A stretch of DNA of 64,000 nucleotides from an uncultured Bdellovibrionales bacterium (GTDB lineage: Bacteria > Patescibacteriota > Minisyncoccia > Moranbacterales > UBA2206). Position numbers and translations under genes: made by a program. The stretch is from the NCBI GenBank assembly GCA_964636505.1, contig CAZWRY010000003.1, positions 4,871-68,870 of the forward strand, read 5' to 3'. Positions 59,151-64,000 of this stretch are shown here, piece after piece. Within the stretch, counting starts at the first letter, position 1. Every line of letters begins with the position of its first letter. A model generated the notes under the pieces. It saw nothing but the letters and a program-made list of their open reading frames with translations, ran no database searches and was not told the origin of the DNA.

Positions 59151-60368
59151 CTATTCGTATCTGAGGGCTTCAATCGGGCTTAGATTGGCTGCCTGACGAG
59201 CCGGATAAAAACCAAAAATAATACCGACCGCCGCTGAAACCCCAAAAGCCAGGAATACCGAAAAAAGCGATATTTCTGTCGTAAGACTGCTGTAAAATTT
59301 TGGGATAATAAGCGCCACCGCCCAGCCCAAAAAAACTCCCGCGGCTCCGCCTACAAAAGTCAACATCACGGCTTCCACCAAGAATTGTAAATTAATGTAG
59401 GTTTTTTTGATACCCACCGCTTTTCGAAGGCCAATTTCACGCGTACGTTCAGTAACGGTGGTGAGCATCATATTCATAATTCCAATCCCACCAACTAAAA
59501 GAGAGATGCCGGCAATAGAAGATAGCAAAATAGTAAATGTGTTAGTTATGCTGGTTGCCGTTGAGATAACATCCGTTTGATTCATAATGCTAAAATCAGC
59601 CTCGTCTGCATTTTCAATTTTATGCCGTTTTAATAATAACTGGGTAATTTGTTCTTGAGCGGAAGTCATCACCTCTTGATTTTTAGCCGCTACATTAATC
59701 GTACTCACATATTCAGTGCCAGAAAGAAAATGGCGAAAAGTATCCAAAGGAATGTAAATTACATCATCAGAATTATTCATTCCTGAACCGCCTTTGGAAA
59801 CTGTTGTGCCAACAACTTCAAAATCAATTTTATTTATTCTTATCACCGAGCCTATAGGATCAGCGCCTTCTCCGAATAAATCTTCAACGGTCGTCGGACC
59901 TAAAATAGCCACCTTGGATGATTTTTTTAGGTGCTGCTCCGTAATAAACATGCCATTCTCAATTTCAATATTTTTCACTTCGGTATATTCAGATGTCACG
60001 CCCAAAACTCGGGTATTGGTATTATTTTCTTTAAAAGTGATTTGATAACGCCCGCTGATTTCCGGCGCCACTCCAGAGATCCCTTGAACTTCATCTTTGA
60101 TAGCTTCAGAGTCATCAACTGAAAGTGTTCTGCCTCCGCCTCTCTCTCCTCGAACCATGCCGTTGCTTTGTGAGCCAGGATAAACCATGATTAAATTAGA
60201 ACCGATGGATTGAATTTTTTCTTCTATGTTTTTTTGCGACCCCTGGCCTATGGCCACCATTGTTATTACTGAAGCCACACCGATAACAATACCTAAGATG
60301 GTCAGCCCCGACCTGACTTTATTTCCTGTTATTGCCCAAATTGTCTCCTTAAATAAATCCGTTAGCAT
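59151..60368 (-). CDS. ABC transporter permease, FtsX/MacB type
   Basis: N-terminal TM, large periplasmic domain, C-terminal three-TM FtsX domain. Confidence 0.85.
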   Translation of the reverse strand: MLTDLFKETIWAITGNKVRSGLTILGIVIGVASVITMVAIGQGSQKNIEEKIQSIGSNLIMVYPGSQSNGMVRGERGGGRTLSVDDSEAIKDEVQGISGVAPEISGRYQITFKENNTNTRVLGVTSEYTEVKNIEIENGMFITEQHLKKSSKVAILGPTTVEDLFGEGADPIGSVIRINKIDFEVVGTTVSKGGSGMNNSDDVIYIPLDTFRHFLSGTEYVSTINVAAKNQEVMTSAQEQITQLLLKRHKIENADEADFSIMNQTDVISTATSITNTFTILLSSIAGISLLVGGIGIMNMMLTTVTERTREIGLRKAVGIKKTYINLQFLVEAVMLTFVGGAAGVFLGWAVALIIPKFYSSLTTEISLFSVFLAFGVSAAVGIIFGFYPARQAANLSPIEALRYE

Positions 60369-60385
60369 ACGCTTATTTTTTGTGC

Positions 60386-61084
60386 CTATATTTTATGATC
60401 ATTGGGAATATTTTTCTCGTCTTTTTCTATCGCGCCATCGCGAATATGGATTATTCTGTTGGCATAGTCGGCGACATCCATTTCATGCGTAATAAGTATT
60501 ACTGTATGACCTTTTTCATTTAATTCCCGCAAAGCATTCATGACAACATAGCTGGTTTTGGTGTCCAAATTACCTGTCGGCTCATCAGCCAAGATTATGG
60601 AAGGATTATTGATTAACGCCCGAGCGATAGCCACCCTTTGCATTTGTCCTCCTGATAATTGATTGGAAAGATTCATAAATTTGTTTTCTTCCATGCCGGC
60701 ATAGCGCAAACATTTTTTGGCTCTCTCTATTCTTTCCTCTTTAGTAGTATCAGTATAAAGAAGCGGCAGCATAACATTCCTTAGGACTGTAGTCCGCGGC
60801 AATAAATTAAATGACTGAAAGACAAATCCTATGTTTTTGCCGCGAAGATCGGAAAGTTCGTCATCGGTAAGTTTGGAGATTTCACGGCCATCCAGAAAAT
60901 ACTCGCCGCCAGTCGGCGTATCCAGGGCCCCCAAAATGTGCATAAGGGTTGACTTGCCACTGCCGGAAGGACCAATTATGGAAACAAACTCTCCGCTCGC
61001 AATTTCAAAAGAAACATTATTCAAAGCGACTGTTTCCAGTTCTCCGTTTTTATATATTTTAGTTAAATTCCTACAAGAAATCAT
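60386..61084 (-). CDS. ABC transporter ATP-binding protein (MacB/LolD-like)
   Basis: [35 protein letters not shown]. Confidence 0.9.
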   Translation of the reverse strand: MISCRNLTKIYKNGELETVALNNVSFEIASGEFVSIIGPSGSGKSTLMHILGALDTPTGGEYFLDGREISKLTDDELSDLRGKNIGFVFQSFNLLPRTTVLRNVMLPLLYTDTTKEERIERAKKCLRYAGMEENKFMNLSNQLSGGQMQRVAIARALINNPSIILADEPTGNLDTKTSYVVMNALRELNEKGHTVILITHEMDVADYANRIIHIRDGAIEKDEKNIPNDHKI

Positions 61085-61112
61085 TTAAAAAATTTTTTAT
61101 TCTTTTTACATT

Positions 61113-62282
61113 TTACATTCCCGGTATCATCCCAGGCACCCGGCTGTTTCTGTTTGAGCTTAAGCCATTAGCATTCGCGGATGAAGTTTTTGAGTTTCCA
61201 CTAATTGTTTGGGTAATAACCAGTTCTCCTTGATTAACTCCTTTGGTTATTTCCACTTTTGAATTGTTTTCTAGTCCGGTTTCTACTTCTCTTTTCTCCA
61301 TTGCTCCATTTTTCATAATTCCAATAAAAGCCTTCCCATTTTCATTTTTTACCGCATTACTCGGAACAACAATAACATTTTCTTTGGAATTAGTAACAAT
61401 TGAGGCGGAAACATTCATTTCAGGCCTGATCCGAGAATCTAAAAAATCAAAAGCGAGAGTTACATCGTAGGTTACCACTCCGGAATTTTGAGCCCCCAAA
61501 GAATCTATTTTTTCTACGACACCGTTTGTAGAAAAATTATCAATTGCATTAAAAGTCAGGATAGCTTTTTGCCCGATTTCAATGCTGGCAATATCGACTT
61601 CGCTGACTTCTACCCGAGCTTTCATAGTTCCCAGGTCACCAATTATAATCGGCACTTCGCGGGAACTGCCGGATGAAAGTTTGCTTAGATCGTCTCCGTT
61701 TTTAATATTTACGGCATTAACTGTTCCATCAATTGGAGAAACAACTTTCTTATCGGAAAAATTTTTCTTCTCATTTTGGTAATTGGCCGAAGCATATTTG
61801 ATATTTTCTTCAGCTGCCATTACAGAAATTTCAGCCGCTTCTAATTTTTTCTTTAAGGCTGATTTTTCGCTGGAATTAGCATCTTCATAGTTTTCCTTGG
61901 CTTCCTTTTTATTGGCTTTGGCTGTCTCCAAAGAAGCCAGAGACTGCAAATAAGAAGAGTGGGCCTTAGTGACATTCGGAGCCAAATCTTCATTTTCAAT
62001 TTCAAAAAGAAATTGCCCTTTGGTTACCTTGTCCCCTACTGAAACAGAAAGGTTTTTTACCGTTCCGGTAATTGTCGGATCCACATTCGCGCTGCTGTCT
62101 ACAATTACATTGCCGCTGCCGGAAACGGAAGTGATAATCTTTTCCTTTTCCGCTACGGCCGTTTTGTAATGGATTTCTCCGTTTTTAAAATTACTTTTAT
62201 CATGCCAATAATATCCCCCGATTATTAGTAAAATAATTGCAGCTGCAAAAAGATATTTTTTATTCTTGAAAAAAATTGGCAT
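61113..62282 (-). CDS. Periplasmic adaptor (HlyD/MacA family)
   Basis: N-terminal TM, coiled-coil hairpin, beta-barrel/lipoyl-like segments. Confidence 0.75.
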   Translation of the reverse strand: MPIFFKNKKYLFAAAIILLIIGGYYWHDKSNFKNGEIHYKTAVAEKEKIITSVSGSGNVIVDSSANVDPTITGTVKNLSVSVGDKVTKGQFLFEIENEDLAPNVTKAHSSYLQSLASLETAKANKKEAKENYEDANSSEKSALKKKLEAAEISVMAAEENIKYASANYQNEKKNFSDKKVVSPIDGTVNAVNIKNGDDLSKLSSGSSREVPIIIGDLGTMKARVEVSEVDIASIEIGQKAILTFNAIDNFSTNGVVEKIDSLGAQNSGVVTYDVTLAFDFLDSRIRPEMNVSASIVTNSKENVIVVPSNAVKNENGKAFIGIMKNGAMEKREVETGLENNSKVEITKGVNQGELVITQTISGNSKTSSANANGLSSNRNSRVPGMIPGM

Positions 62283-62291
62283 TGGCTTTTT

Positions 62292-62834
62292 TTAATTGTT
62301 TAAGTTCTGATTGAATAGTCGGATAAGATCGGCGCTTAATAAGCCATTCTCCCCCGGCCTTCCCATAACGACAATTTTGTCGTTGATTTTCAGGTCGCCA
62401 ATTTTAATATCATTACGACCGGATTTGATGATTGTTTCGTTTTTTATTTCCACGGTATTTTCTTTATTATCTTGGTCTTTAACAATCAACTTGTTATCCG
62501 CAATGGAAATTATCGTTCCAACCAGACCATGCGCGTTTCTAAAATCGCGTCCGTCAAATTTTCGCATCAGTCCGTTCATTGGCAAATCTGAAGGTTCGGG
62601 TCTGTCCATTTTCGCTCTCTTGTCCTGCATGCCGATAAAATTACGTTCATAGTGTTTTCCCCATTCATAGGAAAATCTGGCTTTTTTAAAACCTACAGCC
62701 ACGCCCACCGCAAAGCTAACCGAAACCAAAATAATCAAACCGACCACAATTGCTCCGATTATTATTTTACGGGAATAATCTTTTTCTTTAAGATTTTTTA
62801 CCTCTTCTTTTTTATCAACTATCTTGTTGTCCAT
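62292..62834 (-). CDS. Membrane-anchored hypothetical protein
   Basis: Single TM; 140 aa extracytoplasmic domain; sits between the anti-sigma and the efflux genes. Confidence 0.45.
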   Translation of the reverse strand: MDNKIVDKKEEVKNLKEKDYSRKIIIGAIVVGLIILVSVSFAVGVAVGFKKARFSYEWGKHYERNFIGMQDKRAKMDRPEPSDLPMNGLMRKFDGRDFRNAHGLVGTIISIADNKLIVKDQDNKENTVEIKNETIIKSGRNDIKIGDLKINDKIVVMGRPGENGLLSADLIRLFNQNLNN

Positions 62835-62861
62835 AAAAATTTATTTAAAAAAATTATTAAA

Positions 62862-63323
62862 TTAACATAGGGCTATATGCGTATGAATGTATTTATATTT
62901 GCCTTTCAAAGACAGGAACAAATTCAAAAGCAGCAAAAATCCAAATATCGGAAGCATCATTGCTATCAGATTGACAACCGGGAAAGTTTCTCCGAGTGAA
63001 AAGAGAAATTCTCTCCAATTTCCGGCTACAATCATGAAATCGGAGAATAACAAGGAAACAATATTCCAAAACTCGGATTGCAGAAAAGATTTGCCAAAAA
63101 CGAAAAATGTCCCAAAAAATAACAAACCGGAAGCCGCCAGACCAAAATTTGTCAAAAACATTTTTGTTTTTATCTGTTTGTCTTTTTCCGCCTCTAAGCG
63201 CTTAAAAACAGCCTTCTTAAGGCTTTTGGGCGGTTTAATTTCGGCGATTTTCTGAGATATTTTTTGAGCCTGGTTTTGCATATAATTATTGATAATACGA
63301 TTTAGATTATTTTTTGGGTGCAT
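62862..63323 (-). CDS. Putative membrane anti-sigma factor
   Basis: Overlaps the ECF sigma stop by 17 nt; cytoplasmic N-domain, TM, short outside domain. Confidence 0.5.
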   Translation of the reverse strand: MHPKNNLNRIINNYMQNQAQKISQKIAEIKPPKSLKKAVFKRLEAEKDKQIKTKMFLTNFGLAASGLLFFGTFFVFGKSFLQSEFWNIVSLLFSDFMIVAGNWREFLFSLGETFPVVNLIAMMLPIFGFLLLLNLFLSLKGKYKYIHTHIALC

Positions 63324-63900
63324 TCTTTTTTGGAGAATTTTGCAATGGCCAATTTTTTCTGAGCCAAAGGACAGCCCGACGATACTTGCTTTTTATTGTG
63401 TTTGGCGATTGACTCATAATTTCAGCTATTTCAAACAAGGAAAAACCCTGGACACAGCGCAAAAGCAAAATTGTCCGGGCTTGCACCGTCAAACTGTTCA
63501 GTGCGGCTTGGACATCTTTTTTTTCATCCATTTTTTTCCAAAACTCTTGCGAATACAAAATTTCTTCGTCTTCAATAAAATTCAAGATATTCTCTCCCTC
63601 CAAATTTTCAAAAGTTGAAAAAGAAACGGCCTTTTTCTTTTTCAAAAAATCATAGGTCGCATTTTTGGCAATAGCAAATATCCAAGTACTAAATTTTTTT
63701 TGTCTGTCAAAAGAGGCTATTTTTTTCCAAACTTTAACAAACACCTCCTGGACAATATCCTCGGAGGATTCCCGATTCTGGATCATCCGATAAACAAAGT
63801 TATAAAGAGGCTTCAAATATTTTTCCACCAGCCTTTGAAACGCATCTTCATCTCCTTGGATATATTGTTCTATTAATTGTTCGTCCGCATTTTTTTCCAT
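63307..63900 (-). CDS. ECF-family RNA polymerase sigma factor
   Basis: Region 2 (EDIVQEVFVKVWKK...FSTWIFAIAKN) and region 4 helix-turn-helix. Confidence 0.85.
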   Translation of the reverse strand: MEKNADEQLIEQYIQGDEDAFQRLVEKYLKPLYNFVYRMIQNRESSEDIVQEVFVKVWKKIASFDRQKKFSTWIFAIAKNATYDFLKKKKAVSFSTFENLEGENILNFIEDEEILYSQEFWKKMDEKKDVQAALNSLTVQARTILLLRCVQGFSLFEIAEIMSQSPNTIKSKYRRAVLWLRKNWPLQNSPKKNAPKK

Positions 63901-63915
63901 TGGAAAAATATTCGT

Positions 63916-64000
63916 TTACTTAAGTTCTTTAATTTTTTTGGTTCGCTTCATTATTTCCTTATCTAATCGGTACATTTTTTGAACTCCGTTTTCCAAAATA
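63916..64000 (-). CDS. C-terminal fragment of an upstream gene (partial)
   Basis: Open minus frame ...ILENGVQKMYRLDKEIMKRTKKIKELK* ending near 63916; too short to assign. Confidence 0.25.
   Translation of the reverse strand, partial: ILENGVQKMYRLDKEIMKRTKKIKELK

Overview
This is a 64 kb window of low-GC (roughly one-third GC by eye) bacterial chromosome. Its gene content and style look like a reduced-genome Patescibacteria/CPR-type organism; this taxonomic placement is inference only. It uses the standard genetic code (UGA appears as a stop), most genes have no obvious Shine-Dalgarno sequence, and many proteins are membrane-anchored or exported. Coding is dense and almost entirely on the minus strand.

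Content, left to right:
- A partial BNR/Asp-box repeat surface protein (1-786).
- A complete F1Fo ATP synthase operon (atpZ-like, atpB, E, F, H, A, G, D, C) with a short beta-carbonic-anhydrase-like gene appended (947-8309).
- TatD, MetRS and RsmI; two AI-2E transporters; an M16 peptidase; Nif3; GlyRS preceded by tRNA-Ala(CGC) and a tRNA-like 5'-half remnant.
- RarA, Tgt, a large surface protein, RecO, and IleRS behind a T-box leader.
- Cell-wall genes: an amidase, a GT4 glycosyltransferase, an L,D-transpeptidase, GH5-like and GH1 hydrolases, Lgt.
- ArgRS; then the plus-strand run smpB, tmRNA, infC (non-AUG start), rpmI, rplT.
- A group of exported proteins: three Cys-bearing GH73-like paralogs, a beta-helix/lipase giant protein, a CAP-domain protein, a membrane-anchored thioredoxin-like gene next to three Cys-rich secreted proteins.
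- BipA, CspA, a MacAB-like efflux module, and an ECF sigma/anti-sigma pair.

The most unusual observations are non-coding or structural:
- an approximately 85 nt conserved hairpin found twice at the 5' ends of the ileS and tRNA-Ala/glyQS transcription units;
- a GC-rich nested palindrome inserted in-frame in metG;
- a tRNA-Ala 5'-half duplicate with a hairpin;
- a T-box leader whose terminator has been absorbed into the predicted IleRS ORF.

No transposase, integrase, CRISPR array or recognisable defence genes were seen.
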